Of a stretch of 64,000 nucleotides of DNA, positions 1-13,962 are shown in pieces (the first letter of the stretch is position 1; each line of letters opens with the position of its first letter). A program made the translations under genes and the position numbers. Under the pieces are notes generated by a model. The model did not search any database. It had not been told where the DNA came from and was given only the letters and a program-made list of their open reading frames with translations. This DNA comes from Eledone cirrhosa. Lineage: Eukaryota. Location: NCBI GenBank assembly GCA_964016885.1, contig OZ024750.1:18228001-18292000 (forward strand), given 5' to 3'.

Positions 1-871
1 AGAAACAATTATTTTACAAGTGTATTTATCTTTTATAAAAAATTCATATTAGTGGTCCGCAGATTTAAAATTATGAATTTAATGGTCTGTGATGTCCGAA
101 ATGTGCCTTTCTGCCAATATAAGGATTGATTTGTCAAACAAATAAATTTTGACCAATTATTTTTTTTCTATAAAAAGGAAATTTCAAACATTACTTCCAA
201 CTAAAATTGTTCTAATTTTGACATAAGGCCAGCAATTGAGTTGGGAGAGAGAATCGATTTTATCGACCTCTGTATTAGACTGGTACTTGACTGGTACTTT
301 ATTTTATATACCTCGAAAGGATAAAAGACAAAGTTAAACTCGATGGATTTAAACACAGCACGTAAAGAGCCGGAATAAATACTGCTAGGCATTTGTCCGA
401 CACTCTAACGACTCAGCCAATCCGCCGCCTTTACCTCTACTAAAATGGGAAGAAAAACATGATATGTTGCTATGAAAAGCGAGATATTCCTTAAAATAAC
501 TTAAACGGTTTTTGTTTGTTAGTTGTTTCCTTTTCTTTTTTAAATAAGAGAAGTGGAAAAAAAAGGAATTTCACACAAGAAAATATCTTAAAGTAGTTCA
601 AGTATATAAAAGTAGATAAATAAATAAACTTTTAATGTACTGACACATAAACATGTGATTAATGAATTGATGTTAGCACAGTGTGTTTAAAATACAAATG
701 TTAAATGAAACTTATATTAAAGCAATAGGCGACGAATTCGCTAAGTTGTTAGAATGTCGGATGCTTTGCAGTGTCTGTGTCGGCTCTCTGTACTATGTTC
801 AAAATCCTCCGTGGTCAACTTTGTTTTTCATCCTTTCGAGACAGATAAAAAAGTACCAGTATTTGGAGCGA

Positions 872-1011
<140 letters not shown>

Positions 1012-1348
1012 CGAAACGTCGTCCCCCACCTACACCCCACTCTCCTGACCGTGAAACTAATAAACATTTATTGTACTGCCTCTCTGTTTTGTCCCTGTTC
1101 AAATTTTTCTATTATATATATATATATATATATATAGTGAAGCTGATTGGTTAGAGAACTGGATTCGCAATCATGAGGTTGTCAGTTCGAATCCTGGACC
1201 GGGCGATGCGTTATGTCCTTGAACAAGACACTTTATTTCACATTGCTCCTTCTACCTGGAATTGTGACCGATAGATAGTATTAGCAATTGGAAAGATCAA
1301 CGGAAACATTGTTTCCGCGGTCCGATCTGACGAAAGTCTATCGACTCC

Positions 1349-1382
<34 letters not shown>

Positions 1383-2140
1383 TACATATATTTTATTTAT
1401 CTTTTTTTCCCCTGGAAGAAATAAATTGTGTTCTTTGTTGGGGAGAAGCTGGGCTCTGCTAGGTTTTAAAACTCCAAAATGTCGCTACAGAGCCGCTGCA
1501 ACTCCATCAGACGTATTAAAGCAATAGGTTTCTTGGTTCGACTCTGCCAATTCGCTGCCTGTATTCGTTACTATATTCAGACAAATAACTCGTCTTTTTA
1601 ATACACTAAATCAGTGCTTAGGTGTTAAAGACTCCTTTGCACACAATATCCGAAAAAATTGATTGAGTTATATACGTTGTAAACGTGCAAACTGGGTGTA
1701 TGGGCAACTATTTTTAGTTAAACATACAAAGAAGTGAAAAGTAGCGGGGAGAGGAGAGACAATATAGGAGAAACAAAAAAAAAAAAAAATGAAGTGGTGG
1801 AAGCAAGGAAGACTACATCACTGTCAGTACAGACGTCTGTAACCATCTACAATAGCGATGATGACGATAATATAAATAATAAGTCTTACTGAATGGAAAG
1901 CTTTCGAGTGCTTTCTCTGTCTAAAATCCAGTGGTTCGTGACACAAGACTGTTTGGTGACAATTTGTGAACTTCAGATAGTGTAAGACGTCGTGAAAACA
2001 CGCAGCTCTTTCACAGCCCAATTAACTTCACGGAATTACTACTTGACTTGTGTCGAGCGGGAATTCGGAATAAGTTTCTAGTTGGAGCACTTACACCAAC
2101 AAAACTTCTTTGCTCGCCAATGAAGAAGGTGATCATAGAT

Positions 2141-2241
<101 letters not shown>

Positions 2242-2563
2242 GTAAACAACGATTAACATTGTGAACATTTGAAATGTGTGCATGCCAACGCACAGGGCCA
2301 GCAATTTTTAGGGGAGAGGAAAGTCGATTAAATCAATCCCAGTGCATTACTGGTACTTTATTTTATCGACACTTTATTTCACGTTGCTCCTTCTGCCAGG
2401 AGTTGCGACCAGTAGAATATCAGCAATGGAAAGACCAATGAAAGCATTGTTTCCTTGGTCCGATTTGCTGAGGTTCAACCCACTCGACCAGCGAATGAGG
2501 TCTGGGATTTTGTCGATCAAAGCAAACGAGCGAGCAATAAGCTATATGATAAGATAGTTCTTT

Positions 2564-2753
2564 ATGTAATGTTTTCGGAAAAAGTTAGTTTGTATTTCCA
2601 AATGTAATGTTTTCGGAAAAAGTTAGTTTGTATTTTCAAATGTAATGTTTTCGGAAAAAGTTAGTTTGTATTTTCAAATGTAATGTTTTCGGAAAAAGTT
2701 AGTTTGTATTTCCAAATGTAATGTTTTCGGAAAAAGTTAGTTTGTATTTCCAA
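2564..2753. repeat. 38-bp minisatellite, about 5 copies
   Basis: ATGTAATGTTTTCGGAAAAAGTTAGTTTGTATTTYCAA repeated. Confidence 0.95.
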
Positions 2754-3286
2754 CTTCTTGTTAGAATTTATAATTGAATAGTTCAAGGGAAATATTCCTG
2801 CGAAGAATAAAAGATGAACTTTGAAATTCAACTCACCTGAACCATATTGTCATCCAAAAATATCTCTCTCTCTCTCTGCGACTTTGTGTAATAACTTTAA
2901 AAGATGCGTTTGCACTTAGGATGCCACACCGAACCCACTGCTACTACTACTATTATCGCCACCACTAACACCACCTTTAGTATAACTGCTACCAGAAAAT
3001 TGGATATTTATTGGCAGCTTTCTCAGATATCTTGAAAGAAAATCTTAATAAGCGTCTCTCGAAAATAGACTTAACATCTGCAGCTAATTATATCGAGAAG
3101 TAATCTAGACTAATTCTTATTAATTCATTAATGAAGACAAATGTTTCTTGAAAACATATTTATAGAGAAAATTTACAGGAGTCCGGACAGGTGAAATTCC
3201 TTCAAATTACCCACTGGTAAACCACCAACTTAAATTAATATATATATATGGGTGTGTATATGTATATATATATATATATATATATA

Positions 3287-3474
3287 CGTTATTCCGGGTT
3301 GAATCGGAGGTAACCACAGTAAGTAAGGTACTCAATACATAGCAGAGTATAAAAGTTTTAATATAGATGAGATTCTACAGGACTAGAACTGTTTCATTCA
3401 TTAGAAATCATCAGGAATCAAGATTCCTGATGATTTCTAATGAATGAAACAGTTCTAGTCCTGTAGAATCTCAT

Positions 3475-3478
<4 letters not shown>
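3287..3478. mobile_element. Fold-back Penelope-like terminus (family A) in a (TA)n tract
   Basis: Perfect inverted arms centred at about 3420, TA-repeat flanks, homologous to 8356, 50230, 51390 and 54774. Confidence 0.8.
3422..3470 (+). ncRNA. Type I hammerhead ribozyme (family A); mirror copy on - strand 3371-3419
   Basis: GATTC-CTGATGA-TTTCTAATGAAT-GAAACAG-TTCTAGTC-CTGTA^GAATC: stems I and III pair, GUA cleavage triplet; stem II is weak. Confidence 0.8.
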
Positions 3479-3515
<37 letters not shown>

Positions 3516-5099
3516 GTGTGTATATGTGTATATGTATATATATATATATATATGTGTATATGTATATATATGTATATGTGTATATCTATATATATGTATG
3601 TATATATATGTATGTTTGTATGTATAAATAAACTGACAAAAGATATTTGTTTGACAATCGATGACCTGAAAATAGCGATGGTGGACAGGGACGTCTTGAA
3701 GAGGATATGGAGTTGGCCCGGTCAATTTACCCGATCCGACGATGATGACGATGATATATATATATACTAAATCGACCCAGTGCATTACTGGTGCTTTATT
3801 TTATCGACCCCGTAAGAATGAAAGGCAAGGCTAACCTTGGTGAGATTTGAACTCAGAACGTAAAGAGACGTAACTATGCCGCTAAGCATAGTGCCCGATG
3901 CTCTACCGATTCTGCCAATCCACCACCCTAAAATCTGTTTATAGTGAAAATAAAAATAAACTCTTTCCCATTATTATTAACTTCATTTACATCATAACTG
4001 CACTGATTCAGCTTCATGTATCCGACCAATTCAACAGTTGCTTCTATGAAATCATGCGAGTCGAGCTTACAATTGACTGTTGATAACATTTCATTGACAT
4101 TCGAGAATTATTCGGCTTGGAAAAGAGCAGCTTGGAAAAGATTAGCATAAAATTATAACAACAAATAGAATAAGAAACATACAAAAGCTGGCAAGCGAAC
4201 TAAATAAAATATCGTATTCAAATCTAAGGTTTAATACCAAATACTTGTACAGAGTTTAACCCATCAATAATGAAAGTCTTGATAGAAAAAATACGATTAC
4301 TATGATCACTATGAAAGTTATGGAAAGGAATGTTTGCAATAAAGAGAAAAAAAGGTCCAGTATTTCCAGCAATAAGAAAATTGTGTTTTTAAAAGGATAC
4401 GAAATAAGAACGGCAAGTCAAACGAACCTTTTAGCTCTAATGAGCCATGTGTCATTTGAGATGTCATCCTATGCTTATCTTTCAGAGAAGCGACCAGTCT
4501 ATGGGTCATTAATGTTTTCAAATCTGTTGCTTAACTGAGATAATATATACAAATACAACCTGTTCTAGTTACGATACCGCTCGAACGATCGATGGCTTTC
4601 ATAGTAATTGTTATGGTTACTGTTGTTGTTGTTTCTTCTCACTATTTGTTGTAATTGTTGTAAAGACTGTGATGACTGTGCCGCCATTTTGAGTCTCAGG
4701 AAATATAAATTACTTTTATCACGAATGAAACACTCCGTTCCACAGTTATCAATTTCCTGCCAAATGACTACACAATGTTTCTATGGCTTTCTAAACATTA
4801 AATTCCACTTTAGATCATTGGTTTATCTGTAATGCAACATTGCTCTGATGATCCGAAAAAAATACTTATTTCGAAATATTGAGTTTCTCTTAGTTAATGT
4901 ATTTCTTCTCGAATCGTCTTTCTCTCTCTTTCATACTTTCTTTCTCTGCTTCTGTTTGTCTACACATCTAAAGTTGGCCTTCAACAACACTTCCATATAA
5001 TTTCAATTTTCCCCGATATGATTATTTCAATATTCAATCGACCCAATAGCTATCTATAAACTTCTGTGCAGTCAGTTAACTTCGGTAAAATAAAGAAAC

Positions 5100-5450
5100 T
5101 GTAAAAGTGATATAAGCGACTAGATTTTTATATACATGCACCAAATGATATAAGCGACTATATTTTCAAATACAACACACTGTAAAAATGATATAAGCGG
5201 CTAGATTTTTTAATACAATGACATACACCAAGTGATATAAACGACTAGATTTTTAAATACAACAAACTGCAATAGTGATATAAGCGACTAGATTTTTTTA
5301 ATACAATGACATACACCAAGTGATATAAGCGACTAGATTTTTTAATACAATGACATACACCAAGTGATATAAGCGACTAGATTTGTTTAATACAATGACA
5401 TACACCAAGTGATATAAGCGACTAGATTTTTAAATACGACATGCACCAAC
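5100..5450. repeat. About 40-45-bp minisatellite, about 8 copies
   Basis: GTGATATAAGCGACTAGATTTTT core repeated. Confidence 0.9.
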
Positions 5451-6039
5451 AAAGGTAGAGCAATTATTTGGATATAATCTCATAGCACCCTTTTTAATTG
5501 AACAGGTAGAAACTTAAATCTTTTTTGTTTAGTGATACAACAGTAATAACTTCATTCCGGTTGAGATACGAATTAAACAGCTGTTGGTTTACCCAAATGT
5601 CCATTACACATACTCAACGAAAATGTTCTTATTGTTATTTATCCCCAAGTGAATTCTGAGCTATGATCAAAGGTAATCCAGCTTTGTCATCCAGCTTTTC
5701 TTTCAGGTAGTATATCTAGGACTGTATAGGGTATTTGGCTTGCAATCGAAAGGTCGTGAGTTCGATTCCCAGTGTATTTCACACTGCTGTAATCTACTCA
5801 GCTGGAAAAAAATGAGCTGTACTTGTAATTTATATATCCAGGCTTGTCACAAACTGTATCACGCTGAATCTCCCTGAGAGATATGCTAAGGGTGATTAAT
5901 TCTATGGCATACTCAATCACTTTCACGTCAATTTCAGGAGCAAGAAGTTCTGTTGGTCGAACAACTGGAACATTCGTCGTAGGAATTGACGGAGGCCCAG
6001 ATAACAAAAATAATATCTACGATTGTGCTATCTTATTTA

Positions 6040-6283
6040 TAGATTGGTTTGAATGAGATTGGGTTATTTCTATTTGGTTGAATAAGATGGTGGCTCCGTC
6101 TTTGATTCGCGGGAAAATAATGTTTCTTCGTATTTATGCGTGGGGGCAAGTATCTGCAGCGATCGTTTATCTACGAAAAACAATAGCAACGCAAGGGTAA
6201 TGAAGTAATTCCAACTAAATTTAAAACCAGCGCGCAGACTCGGTTCACCGAAGTTTAGTGTCTGACTTTCGTGACGCGAACAC

Positions 6284-6290
<7 letters not shown>
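6040..6290. promoter_or_regulatory. Candidate promoter (CCAAT boxes, YY1-like and E2F-like sites, locally CpG-rich)
   Basis: ATTGG at 6043 and 6058, AAGATGGTGG at 6084, TTCGCGGGAAA at 6106; about 2.5 kb upstream of the ATG exon, which has its own acceptor. Confidence 0.4.
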
Positions 6291-6365
<75 letters not shown>

Positions 6366-6999
6366 ATTGGACCTGTTGACTTTGTTTTATTTGTTTGATC
6401 AGTAAGACAGCCTATTCACGAAAGTAACAAGCAAGTAGCCGGGCATTCAACAAACATGTAACCTTAACGTAATTTCCATGGAGATTTATCGTCACACATG
6501 TCTATATATATATATGTATATATAGATAGATATATATCTATATATATATATATATATATATACAGTGTAGGTAGTACGGTGAATTACTGGTGTGGGTACC
6601 CAATCAAGCACTCTACGCACAGGTAAAGTGTATATAATAGAAAAAACGAGGAACTTTCGTTTACATACGAAAAAATATTTATTGCGTATCAACCTGTTAC
6701 GTGCATTTCGCAGAGGATTGGCTCAAGGTGACCCATAGGAGTTGTCAGACTGGTGATGCGACAAAAATATATCTTTTGTCGCATCACCAGTCTGAGGAGC
6801 AGATCGATACTGGAGTCGTCCATAACTCCTATAGGTCACCTATGGTTCCATCTACCCGGAGCACTGGTTTGAAGGCGCCATATATATATATATATATATC
6901 AAGAGATGAATATATAATATAACGATCATGTGACTGTATGATCGCTCAATGAGATCTCAAATTGAAGCTAAAAGTCCAAGACCTCGGAGCGCTATATAA

Positions 7000-7075
<76 letters not shown>

Positions 7076-7196
7076 ATACTTTGGGAGGGTCATGTTGCCA
7101 ATAAGAAACACACGCACCAGTATAACAATATCGGTTTCAGATAAAGAATCTTGCTAAACAAATTCAGAAACGATATATATATATATATATATATAT

Positions 7197-7415
7197 TGTG
7201 AAGGCGTGTGGCGGAGTGGTTAGGGAATTGGATTCGCAATCGTAAGGTTGTGAGTTCGATTCCTGGACCAGGCGATGCGTTATGTCCTTGAGCAAGACAC
7301 TTTATTTTCACGTTGCTCCTTCTACCTGGAGTTGCGACCGATAGATAGTATTAGCAATTGGAAAGACCAACGGAAACATTGTTCCCTCGGTCCGATTTGA
7401 CGAAAGTCGATCGTC
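7197..7415 (+). mobile_element. Second tRNA-derived SINE family (CORE-like TGTCCTTGAGCAAGACACTTT)
   Basis: A box TGGCGGAGTGGTTAG, B box GAGTTCGATTCC; copies at 1137-1350 and 51115-51350 (-). Confidence 0.8.
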
Positions 7416-7998
7416 TAAAAAAAAAAAAAAAAAATGTAAAAGGTAAACAGAAATAACAACACAATCGGTACAGTATATGAAGGGTAGAGGGAGAGAGAGA
7501 GAGAGAGAGAGAGAAGTGGTGGGGAACGAGATAAGTTTGTTATGCTTCTAAGAGAAGTAAGGATTCGTGAAGCTGGCACTTGACTTTAGGTTATATCATA
7601 TCTTAGAGGTGAAAGATGAATCTCTCTTTAGATAAGTTGACACTTTATCACTTGTTATATTTCTAGGATCTGCTAACTATACCAAGAAGATAATTCTGAT
7701 CGAAAACACAACATAGATATAATCTCATTACCCATGTTTTGGTAACTGACGTGTGTGAGAGTGGGGAGTGTAGGCCTGCTTAGTCTAGAGATGGGGCATA
7801 CCCATGACTTTCAGAAATTGTTTAAGAAGATTATATATGTGTGCGTGTTAACATGTGCGAAAGAACATCCAGGTAGTAAAAAGAGAGTGAGGAAAGAAGA
7901 TAGAGGAGAGGTGAGATTGAGACGTCGAAATTGACTGTTGGGAAAATGTATTAGAGAGAAAAATCATGAAAGATCTAGACAGACCATCAGACGACATG

Positions 7999-8051
<53 letters not shown>

Positions 8052-8057
8052 ATATAT

Positions 8058-8243
8058 AACAAATAAAGTGTGGTAAGGAACCAGGCGGACCATAACACAC
8101 CAGAGTACTCGATACTTAGGGTAGTAGAGTGGGTAATAGGAAAAAGAGTCGGGACCCCGACGGCTGAGCTCCGGCCGTTTCGACAGCTAGATCCGAAGTC
8201 ATCTAGCTGTCGAAACGGCCGGAGCTCAGCCGTCGGGGTCCCG
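8058..8243 (-). mobile_element. Fold-back element family E with truncated hammerhead (palindrome 8150-8243)
   Basis: - strand reads GATGA-C..GTC-GAAACGGC...GCCGTC^GGGGTC. Related copies at about 16060, 25620, 26912, 32300, 33660, 34480, 51640 and 60420. Confidence 0.7.
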
Positions 8244-8324
8244 TATATGAAACAGAATTTATTTAAATGCATTTTTTTTTTGTCTTTTAAGTGTGTATAC
8301 ATTTGGGGGGGGGGGGACACCCTG

Positions 8325-8357
<33 letters not shown>

Positions 8358-8415
8358 TTAATATAGAAAAGGCTTCTACAGAACTAGAACTGTTTTATTC
8401 GGAAGAAATCATCAG

Positions 8416-8466
8416 GGCTTCCTGATGATTTCTCCCGAATGAAACAGTTCTAGTCCTGTAGAAGCC
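8416..8466 (+). ncRNA. Type I hammerhead ribozyme (family A variant) in fold-back element 8356-8550
   Basis: GGCTTC-CTGATGA-TTTCTCCCGAAT-GAAACAG..CTGTA^GAAGCC; compensatory stem I change relative to 3422. Confidence 0.8.
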
Positions 8467-8577
8467 TTTTCTATATTAAATATTTATACTCTGCTTTGTA
8501 TTGAGTACCTTACTGTGGTTACCCCCCGATTGAACCCGGGATAAACTTTTATATACATATATATATATATATAATAT

Positions 8578-8632
<55 letters not shown>

Positions 8633-8687
8633 ATAGTGTCATTGCTCTATGTTATTTACTCTTCATATTTCTAATTTCGCAGGTAAA

Positions 8688-8814
8688 ATGCCGCCATCTT
8701 TAATCGATACAGGATCGTTTTCTCCGTGGAAAGTTTTACACCGGAAGTTAAACGGTGTGTTACCTGTGCTTTGTTTTCTTCACCTTTTGATGTATTTACA
8801 TGAAACTAAGGCAG
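8688..8814 (+). CDS. Coding exon 1: start codon and signal-peptide-like segment (MPPSLIDTG...VLPVLCFLHLLMYLHETKA)
   Basis: Acceptor tttcgcag just upstream (8682), AAAATG context, hydrophobic stretch, donor GCAG|gtaagg in phase 1 that completes Glu with the next exon. Confidence 0.72.
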
Positions 8815-11800
8815 GTAAGGTTCACCTTATATTTTCATTATTAATATTTCTAATATACTCTAAAGATAGAGAAGCTGGGAATGTGATATATGTGTATGGT
8901 GTATATTGATGTATATGGGTGTGGTTGAGTCTCATAAGTTATTAGGGAAACACTGAAAAGTTTCGTTTTTGTATTTGTTTTGCAAGTACGACCCTTTATG
9001 TTCTGAGTTCAAATCCCGCCAAAGTTAGTTTTGCCTTTCATCTTTACTTGGTCGATGAAATAACGTACCAGTAATGCACTGAGGACAGTTTAATCGACTT
9101 TTCCCTTCCCTTCAAAGTGCTGGCCTTGTGCCAAAAGTAGAAACAATTATTAGTTGCGTAATTAATCCATTCTTCGGTTACTTTAGTAACTGATGGTTAT
9201 TTAATTGTTAAAGCTCTTTCGTCTCACATTTTGTAACCTTCTCAATTATTTTTCTTGCTCCTCTTCATTTTGATCTTGTTCTACTTATTCCTTCTTGTCT
9301 TCCTAAACTTACTAAACTAACACAAGAATGGATATTTACCTAACTAATAATAAAAATGAAATGAAACTGCTGCCTGTTTTTATTGACAGCATGACCTTCC
9401 CAAAATATAACAATATCTAGTAAGTATGTTTTGAAACAGCGAAACAGTTTGAAATTAGAAATATAAGCTTTCGCCGTATTTTTTTCACTAAAGATTAATA
9501 TTGACGTTGTACGTCAATACTCATCTTTTTCCATTTCTTAGAGGGTTCTAAACCCCATTATCGGGCTAAAATTTCTTTAGTAAAAAAAATACAGCGAAAG
9601 CTTATGTTTCTAATAACAATATCTGATTTAACACACGATTTCACATCAAGAATCTTGCAAAACAAATACAAAAACGACGCCATTGAGTGTTTTCCTAATA
9701 AATTATGAGACTCAATCACGGTAGCATCAGTATACACCACACAAACCCATATCACATTCCCAGCTTCTCTATCATTATATACACACACAATTGCCATACA
9801 AGCGGCTACACAGTCATATACTCAAATCGTCTGTCTCGATATATTATGTCGTCAAGTATGAAATTTGTAGAAATTAGGGGGGTTTTTTCTACAAATTTCT
9901 ACAAATTTTATACTTGACGACCCAATATATGTTTGTGTATGTCTATGCATCTTATTTTGATCGTGTGGATGCAAAATGGCCGACGGGTTAAAACGTTCGC
10001 TTCGCAACCATTAATTCCTGGGTTCGATTCCACTGCGTGGCATGATGGTCAAATGCCATTTACCATGTCACGTGAGTGAAATTGGTAGACGGAAAGTTTT
10101 GGCAAGCCCGTCGGATGGACTGCACCTGTAATTTAATGGGTCACACTGAATCTCCCTCAGAATTACGTTATGGGTACACGTGTCTGTGGAATGTTCAGCC
10201 ACTTATATGTTATTTCCAGGAGTAGGCTGTTCCGTAAATAGAACAACAGGAACACTCATCGTCGAAACCGACGGAGGTCTATTCCATATAGTTGTATAGT
10301 AAACACTAAATTGCTTAGGATGTGTGTTTGTTAGTGTGAAAGAGAGAGGAGGAAGGTGTGTGTCCGCGCGCGTATATATATATATATGTGTGTGTGTAAC
10401 TGTATGTATGTATATGTATGTGTGTGCGCGAGTATGTGTGAATGTATGTATGTGCGCATGTATGTGTGTGTGAACGCGTGCGTATATATGTGTGTGTGCG
10501 GGAGTATGTGTGAGTGTATGTGCGCATGCATGTGCACATGTGTGTGCGTGTGTGTGTGTGCGTGTATATATTTATATGTGTGTGGTTTGTATTTAAACGT
10601 TCAAGTCAACAAATAACAGGGGACAATTCGCCGTTGAACGGGCAAATATAAAAAAAAACAACAAGAATATTTGTAAGAACAAAACGAAAACAAGAATAAA
10701 AGAGAAAATATAAACCAGAAACAGAAAAATGTTGTAAACGGGAGCCAAACGACAGAGCAAGCCACAGAAGTATATCCCTTAGAACAATAAATAAAACAGA
10801 GGTACATTTACAAGTCTATCTTCCTTCCCTGTTTTGTGAAGAACTCATAGTTAATTTCACGCCATCGTTATTGTCTAGGGTAACTGACGATTTAGCTTGA
10901 ACATTTGCTGCTAATGTCAAACGGATGACCCGATCGCCCCGAATGATACGGGAGATCTAGGGAGTTGGATGACGTGTAGATGGGGGGAATAGATGTGCCC
11001 GGAAGAAGTCTGTGAGCTATGAGTGAAAAATTAGAAGTTAGATCGTTGGTTGCTTTCTAAATAAGAAAATCACACAACCTTCTCTCTCCCTTTCACTTCA
11101 CCACCCGCCGTAAGATCTACCACTCCTCTTAACCAGTTTTAAACCCACCTACCACAAGTGTTCTTCCCTTCTTCTTCTTCTCCTCTTTGCGATTTTCCGT
11201 TTTGATTGCTTGTATTGTTAATGGAGTATGAGAGCAAGAGGAGATATTCTTAATAAGGTATTTGTTCTAACGGGAGGCGAGGAAAAGTATTTTGTGATGT
11301 TACACGGGTGGTTTAACCTGTTCAAACCCATGGTCTCTAGAAACGAACTTAATAAGAATTTATAATTATTCTTTCAAAAGTCAAACAAAGCTGTAAAATT
11401 TCCACCAGGATACGATGGAGGAAGAGAAAAGACGGAGGCTGTCTCATGGACAATTCCATTACTATAAATATAACTGGAGCTAACAGAAAAAATCCCGAAT
11501 GAATCGAACCACTGACAGTAATTCATCTGACACGACATATCCATCATATATGCACTTTTATCATATCCATCATATATGCACTGTACATGCACTTTTTTGA
11601 TGGGTTGTGGTGCACCTGGGCACTGTGCACAATAATTCATTATTGTTATTGTTATTATATCATGACTCATACACTGTTTATTTTCCTGACATTTGTACAT
11701 TATTCTATGTACTATACATGCACCTTTGATGAGTTGTAGTGCACCTGAGCACTGTACACAATAATTTCATTATTATTATTATTATATCATTATTCTAACA

Positions 11801-13185
11801 ACTTCTGTTCAGATGAATTAATATCATATACTACACATATATGTGTCTGTGTATGAGTATGTATGTATGGCTCCGTTACTCCTGGTGGAGTTGTAGAAAC
11901 GCCGTATTCACATACGGCGTTTCTTGGGCATTTTAAGCCTGACTGAGCCCATCCCTCTCCTAGCCTCAGTGTAGCAGATTTCTTCCAGAGAAAGATAGAA
12001 AGTGAGAGAGGGGAAATGCGAAAGAGACATAGAGGAAGAATCGACCTCAGTACAAGACTGGTACTTTTTTTATCGACCTCGAAAGGTAAAGTTGATCTCT
12101 CTTTTTCTCTCTGGAAGAAATCGGCTGTGTGCTGACCTGGAGAGGAAGCAGCTCCACCGGGGTTTTAATTGCTCCAGACACAATGTGTGTCAAAACGGTG
12201 CCTCCAACGACTCCATCGGGAGTTAAGGACCCTTTACTAGCATTTCTTTTCTTTTTTTTTTTTTTTTTTGTACGTATTTCCATTGTAAAATAAAATGATC
12301 CTGATTCTTAAAATAGAAGCATTCAAAACCCTAAATTCTCGTATACACATTCAACCCTGCTAAAAAAATTGAAAATCAACTTACATTGCAGACAGCCAAA
12401 CCAGGGAGTCTATAGTTCCGGCTACATAAAAACCTAATGAGACTTATCGAAACCAAAATCACGATATATCAGTTGCCAGAGCCACAGGCTTAATATATTT
12501 TCCTATACAAGATTAAGAACATTTTAATTCGGGTGTTAATGTAGTGTAAAATGTGTTTTAAGATGTTAACTTATAAGTTCAAAAACTCTGCTCCTTTTGC
12601 TCCCTTCCTCCACCTACCCCCCCCCCCTCCTCCTTGTCGTGTTTCGATTGACAGAATCGTTAGAGAATTAGACAATATTACCAGCGTGGTGGTGGTGGTG
12701 GTGGTGGTGGTGAAGAAGATGATGGTGATGGTAATGATGATGATGATGATGATGATGATAATTTATGGTGAAAAATTTTCAAGTTCAATCGTGATCATCA
12801 CGGTTTTTGTGTCTATCAGTGTAGACATTATGCAATGTATGTTTTCTAAGACGGTGAGTCAGGATTTTAGGGAGATTTGGATGCTATTTCTAGAAACGTG
12901 ACAGGCGGCTTAGAGGCTCTCTTGTTAGCTCGTAATAACAATAGTTCTTGTTGTTGTTGTTTCACCGCAAAGCAGTCCTGATTAAGTCTATGATGGAAGG
13001 TGTTCCATTCATGACCATCCCGCATCTTTATATACTAGGTACTACATAATCTAATATAACATTTATTCAAAAAGGTGCAATGCGATTCGAGTGAGGCTTT
13101 TGAGATTCGACAGCTATTTCTAGCAGTTGGAGCAATCATGCAGAGGCTCATATTTGGCTCTGGGAAGTTATTAGTGTGTGTATAA

Positions 13186-13245
<60 letters not shown>

Positions 13246-13319
13246 TCTTGTCTGATAAACTGTGTGATAAACAGGCGAAACGCCAGAATAACAAGACTCA
13301 CTATTTAGCCTTGATAAAA

Positions 13320-13357
<38 letters not shown>

Positions 13358-13962
13358 GTCTGTGTGTGTTTAGAAACAAATGTCTAATTTCAACTTCCTC
13401 TCGGTGAAATAAACGAGTTATGTTGTTTTTCGATATTTTCATTCGCCAATAAATTATGATGGCCAAACCTTCTTTTCTCTTTAAAATTCTTTAATTCGTC
13501 TTTGCTTCCATACACATAGTTTTCAATGTTTCTCTCTTGGTAATGAAGCGGGCGAGAATTTCTCATTAGACGTAAAGAATTCTTTACTAGTCATCTCCCT
13601 ATATTAAGTTTCTTAAAATATATACGAAAAAACATTTTCTTTCACACCTCGGTGACTGCCTCACACTTAATACCCTTCCATTTGCTTTAGGTCTTCTTTA
13701 ATTATGTGTGACGTTGTCGTTTTGTTTCGCTGACATCAATATCTAATGTACCGTACTGTGTGGTCACAACATTAAGTTGCTTGTTGTAACCACAATTTAA
13801 AACAGGATCAAATGTATATATTTTTTGTCTTTTTCATCTTCAGTTGTTTTCCTCGTTTGGGATCATTGCTAATATATTGGTCGTTCTCCGACAGGTTTAC
13901 AGTCGAGTCCCTAGCAGTGGAAATTTCTGGTGTCCTTGGTCCAAGGGTTACCTCCCTACTCA

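Noticed and set aside
7200-7275. tRNA gene
   Set aside because: A and B boxes are present but run into a repeated SINE body; no convincing cloverleaf.
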